From assembly GCA_964291315.2 (NCBI GenBank), contig OZ219753.1:2816001-2880000 (forward strand): a stretch of 64,000 bases of DNA, read 5' to 3'. Under the pieces are notes generated by a model. That model saw only the letters and a list, made by a program, of their open reading frames with translations, searched no databases and was not told the DNA's origin. Numbering within the stretch: position 1 is the first letter of the stretch; each line of letters starts with the position of its first letter. Position numbers and translations under genes: made by a program. This DNA is from Candidatus Poribacteria bacterium. Lineage in GTDB: Bacteria > Poribacteria > WGA-4E > WGA-3G. Below, in pieces: positions 29,690-38,128 of this stretch.

Positions 29690-29763
29690 TACGTGCATTC
29701 TCCTCTGTTATTGATATTGGTTAAATATAGAGACGATGAGAGATGACTGCCCTCATGGTCTGT

Positions 29764-30876
29764 TTATGCTGCGGAGGGTTCGAGTCGCATCGGCATAATA
29801 ACTGAAATGTAGTCCTCCGAGCCGACGGGTTTAAGGATGACGGGGTTAAACTCGCCTGAAAATTCTATTGAGACAGACTCGGTTTCTATGTGAGATAAGG
29901 CTTCTGTGAGCAGGCGTGCGTCAAAACCGATTCGGACGCTTCCAGTGCCTGACTCAACAGGGAGTGTCTCGTGTGCTTCCCCTAATGTTGGTGTCTTGGT
30001 AGAGACTCGTATCTCTTCTGGATCAATCTCTAAGGAGATGGAGAAGTTCTTGGGGTTTGAGAGCACGGAGACGCGTCGAGTTGCGCGTAAAATGCGATCT
30101 TTTGCGACGACTGTTCTGCCTTCGCTCATCTCGGGGATGATTTTCTCATAATTTGGATAATCCCCCTCGACGAGGCGTGCTGTGAGTGTGGCGTTGTCGT
30201 CTTTAAAGAGAATCTGATTTTCGGAGAGGGAAACGTCTACTTCCCCGGATTTCTGAAAGGTCCGCTCGATCTCCTTGACGGCTTTCAAGGGGACGATGAA
30301 TCCCTTAGTTTCGCCTGGGGAGTTGAGCGGTTCGCAATATGCGACGGCAAGTCTGTTGCCGTCGGTAGCGACGACTTCTGTTTTGTGTTCGAGGAAGTTG
30401 AAGTAGAGTCCGTTTAGATAGTATCGGACTTCCTCTGTGGATGCTGCATATTCAGTTTTCTGCAGGAGGCTGCGTAGCGTCTCTCCGCCGACAGAGACAG
30501 GATCGCCTTCTATAGTGGGGAGTTGTGGAAACTCTTCGTCAGACATCCCGATAATTTTGTAGACACCATCTCCACAGGTGAGCTCGACACGGTCGTTTGC
30601 GGTTGTGGCGAGGTTTATTGGTTCATCGTTTGGGAGTTCTTTGACGATGTCGCCTAATTTTTTGGCGGAGACCGTAATTGCCCCGTCCTCTGTGATTGTT
30701 CCTTCAACCTTGATTCTGATACCGATTTCAAGGTCGGTTGCGACGCATTCAATGGTGTTCTCTTGGGCGTGAATGAGGACGTTTGAGAGAATAGGCAAGG
30801 TATTCCGTCCGCTTGCAACGCCTTGCAGTACCTGTAGTGCGTATAGGAGGTCGTCTCTTTCAAAAGTTAGTTCCAT
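29764..30876 (-). CDS. dnaN: DNA polymerase III subunit beta (sliding clamp), downstream copy
   Basis: TLPILSNVL, ATDLE, EEFP, RYYLNG, ATDGNRL, EGDYPNY, MPMRL; 370 aa. Confidence 0.96.
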   Translation of the reverse strand: MELTFERDDLLYALQVLQGVASGRNTLPILSNVLIHAQENTIECVATDLEIGIRIKVEGTITEDGAITVSAKKLGDIVKELPNDEPINLATTANDRVELTCGDGVYKIIGMSDEEFPQLPTIEGDPVSVGGETLRSLLQKTEYAASTEEVRYYLNGLYFNFLEHKTEVVATDGNRLAVAYCEPLNSPGETKGFIVPLKAVKEIERTFQKSGEVDVSLSENQILFKDDNATLTARLVEGDYPNYEKIIPEMSEGRTVVAKDRILRATRRVSVLSNPKNFSISLEIDPEEIRVSTKTPTLGEAHETLPVESGTGSVRIGFDARLLTEALSHIETESVSIEFSGEFNPVILKPVGSEDYISVIMPMRLEPSAA

Positions 30877-30932
30877 TCCAAGTTCTCCTTCTTCTTTTAT
30901 CTGATAAAAAGCTTAACAAGTTCCTCTCATGT

Positions 30933-30961
30933 AGTATAACATATTATTGTAGATATATCAA
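30933..30961 (-). promoter_or_regulatory. Promoter of the downstream dnaN copy
   Basis: TTGATA-N17-TATACT with an extended -10 TG; homologous to 32457-32485. Confidence 0.6.
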
Positions 30962-31093
30962 AAAAAAACGAATTTTGATCAGAACTGAAAAATATATGCT
31001 TATATCTGTTCTACTCTACAATCGCTTGAAGAAGGCCGGCCCGATTGCGATCGGGAAGTGCGGCTATCTAACACCGCAATCCCCAGGGTCTGT

Positions 31094-32206
31094 TTATGCG
31101 GCGGAGGGTTCGAGTCGCATCGGCATGATAAGCGAGAGGTAGTCCTCCGAGCCGACGGGTTTGAGGATGACCGGGTTCAACTCGCCTGAAAATTCTATTG
31201 AGACAGATTCGGTTTCTATGTGAGATAACGCTTCTGTGAGCAGGCGTGCGTCAAAACCGATTCGGACGCTTCCAGTGCCTGACTCAACAGGGAGTGTCTC
31301 GTGTGCTTCCCCTAATGTTGGTGTCTTTGCAGAGACTCGTATTTCTTCTGTATCCATCTCTAAGGAGATGGAGAAGTTCTTCGGGTTTGAGAGCACGGAG
31401 ACGCGTCGAGTTGCGCGTAAAATGCGATCTTTTGCGACGACTGTTCTGCCTTCACTCATCTCGGGGATGATTTTCTCATAATTTGGATAATCCCCCTCGA
31501 CGAGGCGTGCTGTGAGTGTGGCGTTGTCGTCTTTAAAGAGAATCTGATTTTCGGAGAGGGAAACGTCTACTTCCCCGGATTTCTGAAAGGTCCGCTCGAT
31601 CTCCTTGACGGCTTTCAAGGGGACGATGAATCCCTTAGTTTCGCCTGGGGGGTTGAGCGGTTCGCAATGTGCAAGGGCAAGCCGCTTGCCGTCGGTAGCG
31701 ACGACTTCTGTTTTGTGTTCGAGGAAGTTGAAGTAGAGTCCGTTTAGATAGTATCGGACTTCCTCTGTGGATGCTGCATATTCAGTTTTCTGTAGGAGGC
31801 CGCGCAGCGTCTCTCCGCCGACAGAGACAGGGTCGCCTTCTATAGTGGGGAGTTGTGGAAACTCTTCGTCAGACATCCCGATAATTTTGTAGACACCATC
31901 TCCACAGGTGAGCTCGACGCGGTCGTTTGCGGTTGTGGCGAGGTTTATTGGTTCATCGTTTGGGAGTTCTTTGACGATGTCGCCTAATTTTTTGGCGGAG
32001 ACCGTAATTGCCCCGTCCTCTGTGATTGTGCCTTCAACCTTGATTCTAATACCGATTTCAAGGTCGGTTGCGACGCATTCAATGGTGTTCTCTTCGGCGT
32101 GAATGAGGACGTTTGAGAGAATAGGCAAGGTATTCCGTCCGCTTGCAACGCCTTGCAGTACCTGTAGTGCGTATAGGAGGTCGTCTCTTTCAAAAGTTAG
32201 TTCCAT
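31094..32206 (-). CDS. dnaN: DNA polymerase III subunit beta (sliding clamp), upstream copy
   Basis: 370 aa; 358/370 identical to the adjacent copy; ATDGKRL, MPMRL. Confidence 0.96.
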   Translation of the reverse strand: MELTFERDDLLYALQVLQGVASGRNTLPILSNVLIHAEENTIECVATDLEIGIRIKVEGTITEDGAITVSAKKLGDIVKELPNDEPINLATTANDRVELTCGDGVYKIIGMSDEEFPQLPTIEGDPVSVGGETLRGLLQKTEYAASTEEVRYYLNGLYFNFLEHKTEVVATDGKRLALAHCEPLNPPGETKGFIVPLKAVKEIERTFQKSGEVDVSLSENQILFKDDNATLTARLVEGDYPNYEKIIPEMSEGRTVVAKDRILRATRRVSVLSNPKNFSISLEMDTEEIRVSAKTPTLGEAHETLPVESGTGSVRIGFDARLLTEALSHIETESVSIEFSGELNPVILKPVGSEDYLSLIMPMRLEPSAA

Positions 32207-32286
32207 TCCAAGTTCTCCTTCTTCTTTTATCTATATTATGGGCGTGATTTTCTTGAAGCACAAGGTGCCTCTGGATTAAAGCTTCT

Positions 32287-32386
32287 ATTGCTACTATTCA
32301 TTCTATTAGAGAGTGCAGGAACAGTGTCAATGAACAATTGCTACTATTCATTCTATTAGAGAGTGCAGGAACAGTGTCAATGAACA
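32287..32386. repeat. Perfect 2 x 50-bp tandem repeat upstream of dnaN
   Basis: ATTGCTACTATTCATTCTATTAGAGAGTGCAGGAACAGTGTCAATGAACA twice, with no spacer. Confidence 0.95.
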
Positions 32387-32456
32387 GAGGAATCGGCATC
32401 GCATTTCATCGATAGATCGTCTGCCTGATAAAAACCTTGACAAACTCCTCTTATGT

Positions 32457-32485
32457 AGTATAGCATATTATTATAGATATAGCAA
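32457..32485 (-). promoter_or_regulatory. Promoter of the upstream dnaN copy
   Basis: TTGCTA-N17-TATACT with an extended -10 TG. Confidence 0.55.
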
Positions 32486-32663
32486 AAGAAATTAGAACTT
32501 ACAAAACGTACGCTCATATCTACACTACAATCCTAAGTTTTCTAATCAAGATGTACACCAAAACAATTTAGCTTTAGGCACTGTGGGTCTATGAATTTCT
32601 GTGGCGAGAGATAGACACCTCGGGGTTACAAAGGTTAAATGTCATCGTTATTTTCCTATAAAA

Positions 32664-34595
32664 ATGCAAAATACTGATTCTTATTCGTCGCGGCGCATTT
32701 CGAGGCGTGCTGTGTTGCTCGGCACAGTTCTGATTATCGCTAATAGTTATTGGATAGCGTACGTAGAGATGATCTGGCATACTGCGCATCTGACGACAGT
32801 TGCGATGTCGGTCAATGTAATGTTTGGCATTTTGATGATGACGTTTCTGAATATGGGGGTGCGTCGTATTTTTCCTCGTTTCGCTCTGCAGGCGCGCGAT
32901 TTACTTGTGGTCTACAGTATGCTTGCTGTGGGTAGTGCGTTTTCTGGCCACGATTGTCTTCCGCGGTTGATGGGGCTTATTCCGTATGTTTTTCGGTTTG
33001 CTACGCCTGAAAACGATTGGGAGGCGTTGCTTTTTCATCATCTTCCTGAGTGGCTTGTTGTGAGCGATCCGAGGGCGGTTAACGATTTCTACGAGGGCGG
33101 TGTCAGTTTTTTTAGAGAAGGTTATGTTTCATATTGGATTGCCCCGATTCTGTCTTGGTCGGTGGTTATTTTTCTGTTAATGCTTATCTTTCTGTGTTTG
33201 ACCTCTATTCTGCGTAAACAGTGGATAGAAAATGAGAAGCTGGCTTACCCGATTATTCAAATTCCGCTTGAGATTACGACGCGCCGGGGTATTTTCAGAA
33301 ACCGTTTGCTCTGGGCAGGTTTTTCGATAGCGATGGGGATAAACCTGCTGAACGGGTTGCAGTACTTCTTTCCTGCCCTTCCGGAGGTTCCGGTCAGAAA
33401 GTATAATCTTAACATCTACTTTACGCAAAAACCGTGGAGTGCTTTGGGCAGCACGCCGTTGAGGTTTCATCCGTATCTCATCGGTTTTTCTTTTATTTTA
33501 CCGTTGGATTTGGCATTTTCGTGTACGTTTTTCTATTTTATGAAGAAGGCTCAGTTGCTATGGGGAAGTGCGGTGGGCGTATCAACCTTACAAGGGTATC
33601 CCTTTTTGGGGGAGCAGGGTGCTGGGGCACTGTTAGCGCTCCTTGCGATTGCGTGCTGGCATTCCCGGCGGCACTTTGCTTCTGTGTTGAGACAGGTGGT
33701 TTATCCGAATCGTACCGAGTCAGAAACCGAGGCGATCTCGCATCGGACTGCTGTGATAATACTTGGAGTGTGTCTGTTGCTACTTGCGGTTTTCTGTGTC
33801 CGGAGTGGTATGACGTTGTGGGCATTTGGTGTTTTTATCTGTATCTATCTATTGATTGTTGTGGGCTTAACCCGTATGCGTGCTGAGTTGGGTCCGCCGA
33901 TTCATGCCATCGGTTATTTAACGCCGCAGTATATGATAATTTCGCTGCTTGGCACGCGCCGTTTGCGTGCGGGTAATTTGACGATGCTCTCATTGTTGAA
34001 TTGGCTTAGCGGTGCGAGTTATGCCTCTTTTCGGACGCACCCGATGCCTGAGCAGTTGGAGGCGTTCAAATTGGCCGAGCGCACGGGCATTCGGAATCGG
34101 ACGATGTTTGGTGTATTGGTTGTTGCGAGTCTTGTCGGTGTATTATCGGGTTTAATTCTGTATCCGTATGCAATTTACAGAGAGGGCGTAGCAGCGGGTT
34201 CTGAGCAGATTCATGCTGGGGGTGCCGATACTTACAATTTTCTTTCCTCGTGGTTAGTGAATCCGAAGCCGACGGATTGGCTTGCGACCTCTGTGTTAGG
34301 TTTAGCGTTTGCTGCAAATGTGGGGATCATATTTCTACGGTCGCGTTTTGTGTGGTGTCCGTTGCATCCTGCTGGCTATGTTATTGGGGTTGCGCCTGGG
34401 ACAACAGATGTGATTTGGTTTCCGCTGTTTCTTGCGATGTTAACAAAGTGGGTTATCTTACGGCTTGGTGGGATTAGTGCGTATCGGAAAGCGGTGCCCT
34501 TTTTTATCGGTCTAGTGTTGGGTGAGGCGCTCATGGGGTGTTTCTGGCCGCTGCTAAGCCTTGTGTTGAGGTCGTCGGTGTATAGTTGGATATAG
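32664..34595 (+). CDS. Polytopic membrane protein (DUF6785/DUF6784-like, putative transporter)
   Basis: Many TM helices; RKQWIENEKLAYP, RMRAELG, WCPLHPAGY, PFFIGLVLGE. Confidence 0.72.
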   Translation: MQNTDSYSSRRISRRAVLLGTVLIIANSYWIAYVEMIWHTAHLTTVAMSVNVMFGILMMTFLNMGVRRIFPRFALQARDLLVVYSMLAVGSAFSGHDCLPRLMGLIPYVFRFATPENDWEALLFHHLPEWLVVSDPRAVNDFYEGGVSFFREGYVSYWIAPILSWSVVIFLLMLIFLCLTSILRKQWIENEKLAYPIIQIPLEITTRRGIFRNRLLWAGFSIAMGINLLNGLQYFFPALPEVPVRKYNLNIYFTQKPWSALGSTPLRFHPYLIGFSFILPLDLAFSCTFFYFMKKAQLLWGSAVGVSTLQGYPFLGEQGAGALLALLAIACWHSRRHFASVLRQVVYPNRTESETEAISHRTAVIILGVCLLLLAVFCVRSGMTLWAFGVFICIYLLIVVGLTRMRAELGPPIHAIGYLTPQYMIISLLGTRRLRAGNLTMLSLLNWLSGASYASFRTHPMPEQLEAFKLAERTGIRNRTMFGVLVVASLVGVLSGLILYPYAIYREGVAAGSEQIHAGGADTYNFLSSWLVNPKPTDWLATSVLGLAFAANVGIIFLRSRFVWCPLHPAGYVIGVAPGTTDVIWFPLFLAMLTKWVILRLGGISAYRKAVPFFIGLVLGEALMGCFWPLLSLVLRSSVYSWI

Positions 34596-34632
34596 TTTTG
34601 TTTCTCTGTGTTGCGGTTTCGAGCGTTGCTGA

Positions 34633-36102
34633 CTAGGGTGTGCTTGAAGGGTTAAGGTTAATCTCACATGTGAGGTTACCGTGTGAACGAACCAGGAGAT
34701 GAACCCCTTCTTGTGTGAGGTAGAGTGTCTCCGGTATAATGGCATCTACAGTGCCGTGTAGGAGAACGTACGGGCCGATCTGGCGTTCGGCGATGCCGTC
34801 AGCCAATTTTTTGTGTAGTGCGTTGATCTGTGTCTCTAATGGAAAGACGAGTTTTTCTTCTAGTGCGGTTCGTAGGTTTGGGAAGATACCTTCGCCTATA
34901 TTTTCGGCCATGTCTAAGAGCAGGTTTTGGGTTGTGAGGTCATAATCGAATCCATTGACAGAGAGAGCCGTTGTGGTTGGATCGTAGATAGGGGTTCCGA
35001 TCATGTAGAGCTGTCCGTTCGCGGCTAAAGCGGGCATTTTAAATCCGATGCCTGCTGCCAGTCGGGTGCCGCTGCCGTAGATCGTTAGATTTTCGACCAG
35101 GGTATCGATTCCTTTTAGTTTGTGCTTTTTTTCGACATGGGGTTTAACAAATTTTTCAATAGCGGTGTAAGTCACATCAATGGGGGCGATGATATGGTAG
35201 CCGGATTCGAGCGAGTCCACGAACTGAATATTCGGCAGTTCGGCGCGGGGTTCTGTAAAAGCGCCGGTCTTCTTTGGGCCCTCTCCGATATTGGCGTGGA
35301 TGTAGGTTTTGATACCGAAGCTGAAGAAGAGCGTTTCTTGGTTGCTTGATAGTTTTTCTGCCAAAATTTCCAGTGGTTCTACGATGAGAGCGATCGGAGG
35401 TGTCTGTTTTATGACGATTGGTTCGTAGAGTTTTGCCCATAGGCCGGCAACGCGCGTTTTTAGATCTACCTCTGTGATATATTGGACAATGAGGTGCTCC
35501 ACCTTAGGGAGGACTTTGTCCTCTACCAATGTGTTAAGAATCCGACGCACTGAGATGTTAATCCCCTGGATTTTAATCTCTGCTTTCTGAATAAAAATGT
35601 CGGAGGTCGTTTTTGCTGTGATCTGCCAATCCGCATTGAGGGTTGGTGTGAGTGTTAACGATGCGGTTGCTGTTCCTTTAATATCTTCTCGTTTCTGGAT
35701 CACCTGTCCAAAAATTTTTTTGGAGACACGCACCCACCCCGTAAATTGAAAGGGCAGGCTTGCTGATACAGTGCCGTTTGCGGTCACCGTCATTTTGAGT
35801 GTGCTGGGATCGAGTTTGATGGCATATTCGATGGCGCCGTCTTTCCGCTTGATAGGTTCATGGAGGTAGTCTCTAATGGCTTTTTCGGTTAACTGTTTGA
35901 CTTCGTGCATGGGGAGGGCTACTCTCGCGGCGATAGTTGATGGTGTAGGAGGCGGTAGGGTCACCGGTGTGACTTCTCGCGGGGGAGCAGGAGCTTCCAC
36001 GGTAAGATCCGACTGATGGTGTATGAAGAAAAATAACGTAATTAGCGTTAAGAGAACAGCGAGGGCGATTGCGCCGACAATTAATTTTTTGTGTTGTATC
36101 AT
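34633..36102 (-). CDS. Membrane-anchored DUF4403-like protein
   Basis: N-terminal TM anchor, Pro-rich linker, GQLYMIGTPIYD...FDYDL. Confidence 0.65.
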   Translation of the reverse strand: MIQHKKLIVGAIALAVLLTLITLFFFIHHQSDLTVEAPAPPREVTPVTLPPPTPSTIAARVALPMHEVKQLTEKAIRDYLHEPIKRKDGAIEYAIKLDPSTLKMTVTANGTVSASLPFQFTGWVRVSKKIFGQVIQKREDIKGTATASLTLTPTLNADWQITAKTTSDIFIQKAEIKIQGINISVRRILNTLVEDKVLPKVEHLIVQYITEVDLKTRVAGLWAKLYEPIVIKQTPPIALIVEPLEILAEKLSSNQETLFFSFGIKTYIHANIGEGPKKTGAFTEPRAELPNIQFVDSLESGYHIIAPIDVTYTAIEKFVKPHVEKKHKLKGIDTLVENLTIYGSGTRLAAGIGFKMPALAANGQLYMIGTPIYDPTTTALSVNGFDYDLTTQNLLLDMAENIGEGIFPNLRTALEEKLVFPLETQINALHKKLADGIAERQIGPYVLLHGTVDAIIPETLYLTQEGVHLLVRSHGNLTCEINLNPSSTP

Positions 36103-37301
36103 GCTTGTAGCCTTGGAATTGCGTTTGAGGTTTTGTATTCCCGATTAATACGGAAAGGATGGATATCAACATCTGTCTTGCCGTTTAGGGCGATCTCACT
36201 CATAATACGGCCGACAAGGTCACAAAACTTAAAACCGTGTCCTGAAAAACCTGCGCCAATCAACACGTTGGGACAGTGTGGATGTCTGTCAATAATAAAA
36301 TCTTCATCTGGGGTTTCGGTGTAGAGACAAACTTCGGCGTGTGTTGCTTTTCCAAGTTCTGGGATTCGGGCTTGCACGTAGGCGTCTATATGAGCGATGT
36401 ACTCTGGATCGGGGGCCCGCTTGGGCATGTTAGGAGAAATGGTTTCTCCTTTTCCGTGTCGTGCAATTTTTAATCCACCGCCTTGATCAAAAGAGCCGAA
36501 GGCGGGAATACCGTAGATGAATTCTCCGTCTGGTGTTACTTCCGTGAAAACGGGGAACTGCTCCGGTTGGAAACGTTCGGCGTCTGCGGGTTGGTAATAG
36601 CAGACCTGCTGTTTTGTAACCGTAAGTGGAAGGTTTAGTTCTGCAAGGAGGGTGCTTGCCCATGCTCCTGCTGTCACCACGACTTTTCTGCCGTGAAATT
36701 GGCTATTTTCTGTTCTGACAGTGGGGATGTCTGCCTGCTTATCGATATTGGTTACGCGGGTTGTCTGTCGGAGGGTTGCGCCGTGTTGTTCTGCCAATTT
36801 CAGGTGCGTAGAAACACACTCGGTGGCATGGAGAAAGCCGGTGTCTTTCTGCCAGAGAATGTGCGTATTGTTGTGGCAGTGGAATTGTGGGAAACGTTTT
36901 GCGAGTTGCTGTGTATCCCACCATTCGGCTTCAACGCCTGCTGCGTCTAGGCTTTCTCGCGCTGCGTGTGCGTATGGATTTCCTTTTGTTCCTATCCCTA
37001 TGCTTCCTGTGATGAAAAGCAGGGCTGTCCCTGATTCGGCTTCAAGGGCGCGCCATCCGGCGTAGGCGGTTTTCATCAGTTGGGTGTAGAACGGTTTGTC
37101 GTAGAAGAATCGGATGATACGGGTTTCCCCGTGTGAGCTACCGAGCGTATGTCGGCGTTGGAACTGTTCTAAGAGGAGCACGTCTGCATCAGATTTAGCG
37201 AGGTGGTATGCGGTCGCGCTGCCCATTGCGCCGGCTCCGATAACAATGGCATCGTAGATGTGGTTGTTCATAGCTGTTAGTTGTCGGTTATCCGTCATCA
37301 T
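36099..37301 (-). CDS. solA: N-methyl-L-tryptophan oxidase / monomeric sarcosine oxidase family
   Basis: GAGAMG, GSSHGETRIIR, CLYTETPDEDFIID, FSGHGFKF. True start may be 37271. Confidence 0.88.
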   Translation of the reverse strand: MMTDNRQLTAMNNHIYDAIVIGAGAMGSATAYHLAKSDADVLLLEQFQRRHTLGSSHGETRIIRFFYDKPFYTQLMKTAYAGWRALEAESGTALLFITGSIGIGTKGNPYAHAARESLDAAGVEAEWWDTQQLAKRFPQFHCHNNTHILWQKDTGFLHATECVSTHLKLAEQHGATLRQTTRVTNIDKQADIPTVRTENSQFHGRKVVVTAGAWASTLLAELNLPLTVTKQQVCYYQPADAERFQPEQFPVFTEVTPDGEFIYGIPAFGSFDQGGGLKIARHGKGETISPNMPKRAPDPEYIAHIDAYVQARIPELGKATHAEVCLYTETPDEDFIIDRHPHCPNVLIGAGFSGHGFKFCDLVGRIMSEIALNGKTDVDIHPFRINREYKTSNAIPRLQA

Positions 37302-37335
37302 TTATGGGAAAGGAGATGTTTTCGTGTCGGTCTAC

Positions 37336-38115
37336 TTACCTACTTCCCGATAATCCTAAAACAGTTGGGAACGGTTGTGGCGTGGTAGCGAAGTGCTGGT
37401 ATCGGTCTTCGCCGCGCAGTAGGATTGGTTTCCAGGGGCGTTTCAGCGAGTTGGCTTTTGCTTGTTTTACTGAGGGGTCGATATAGCGGATTGTTAAGCC
37501 GCAGCGCCGTCGGTTAGAATGATTCGGTAGGCTGCCGTGGATTGTCTGTCCGTGGTGGATAGACATTTCTCCGGCTTTCAGCACTAGGTCGACGGCGTTT
37601 TCGGCCTCGGCTTCGGTCACAGTTACCTCCTGATTGATGCTTAAGAGGTTTCCTGTGCGTTGAGATTTGCCGTGTTCTTGTATCCCGCGTTGATGGCTTC
37701 CCGGAATCACCTGCATACAACCGTTGCCGGTATCGCTGTCATCTATTGCATACCAGGCTGTAATGGCCTCTGGTGGTTCGAGACCCCAATACGTTATGTC
37801 TTGATGCCATGCGACGAATTTTTCTCTGGGTCCGTATTTGCAGAAGAAATGGGTTGCTAACAACATAACATTGGGGCCGATAAGTGTTTCAATGACTTCT
37901 AAGATTTTGGGATGTGTTGCGAGTTTCCAGATAAATGGGACATCAAAGTGCCGATCGATGAGTCCAATTTCGCATGTTTCTTTTCCGATCTCTGCTTCCA
38001 AGATGTTGTACTGTTGCCGATAATGTGTTACTTCGGTATCATCGGCAACGTGGAGTCCGGTTAGGAATCCATTTTTTTGGTAACCTTGAGCGAGGTGTAG
38101 GTTTTTCGTTTCCAT
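37336..38115 (-). CDS. PhyH-family Fe(II)/2OG dioxygenase
   Basis: WHQD, NGCMQVIPGSH, IHGSLPNHS..RR. Confidence 0.9.
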   Translation of the reverse strand: METKNLHLAQGYQKNGFLTGLHVADDTEVTHYRQQYNILEAEIGKETCEIGLIDRHFDVPFIWKLATHPKILEVIETLIGPNVMLLATHFFCKYGPREKFVAWHQDITYWGLEPPEAITAWYAIDDSDTGNGCMQVIPGSHQRGIQEHGKSQRTGNLLSINQEVTVTEAEAENAVDLVLKAGEMSIHHGQTIHGSLPNHSNRRRCGLTIRYIDPSVKQAKANSLKRPWKPILLRGEDRYQHFATTPQPFPTVLGLSGSR

Positions 38116-38128
38116 AGGGTGGCCTCCG

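Larger units (their letters stand above)
29757..32232. repeat. Direct duplication of dnaN plus RBS region (1330-bp period)
   Basis: ~29757-30902 matches ~31087-32232; the promoter block 30901-30965 matches 32425-32490. Confidence 0.9.

Noticed and set aside
23965-29698. Diversity-generating retroelement or invertible shufflon behind the paralog pair
   Set aside because: No reverse transcriptase or recombinase in the window, the differences do not look adenine-specific, and both genes are complete and co-directional.
32287-32386. 50-bp repeat as a CRISPR array
   Set aside because: Two head-to-tail copies with no spacer, and no cas genes in the window.
30877-32600. Replication origin near dnaN
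   Set aside because: No dnaA and no TTATCCACA-type box cluster; the perfect boxes I noticed (~6662, ~12413) are isolated and inside genes.
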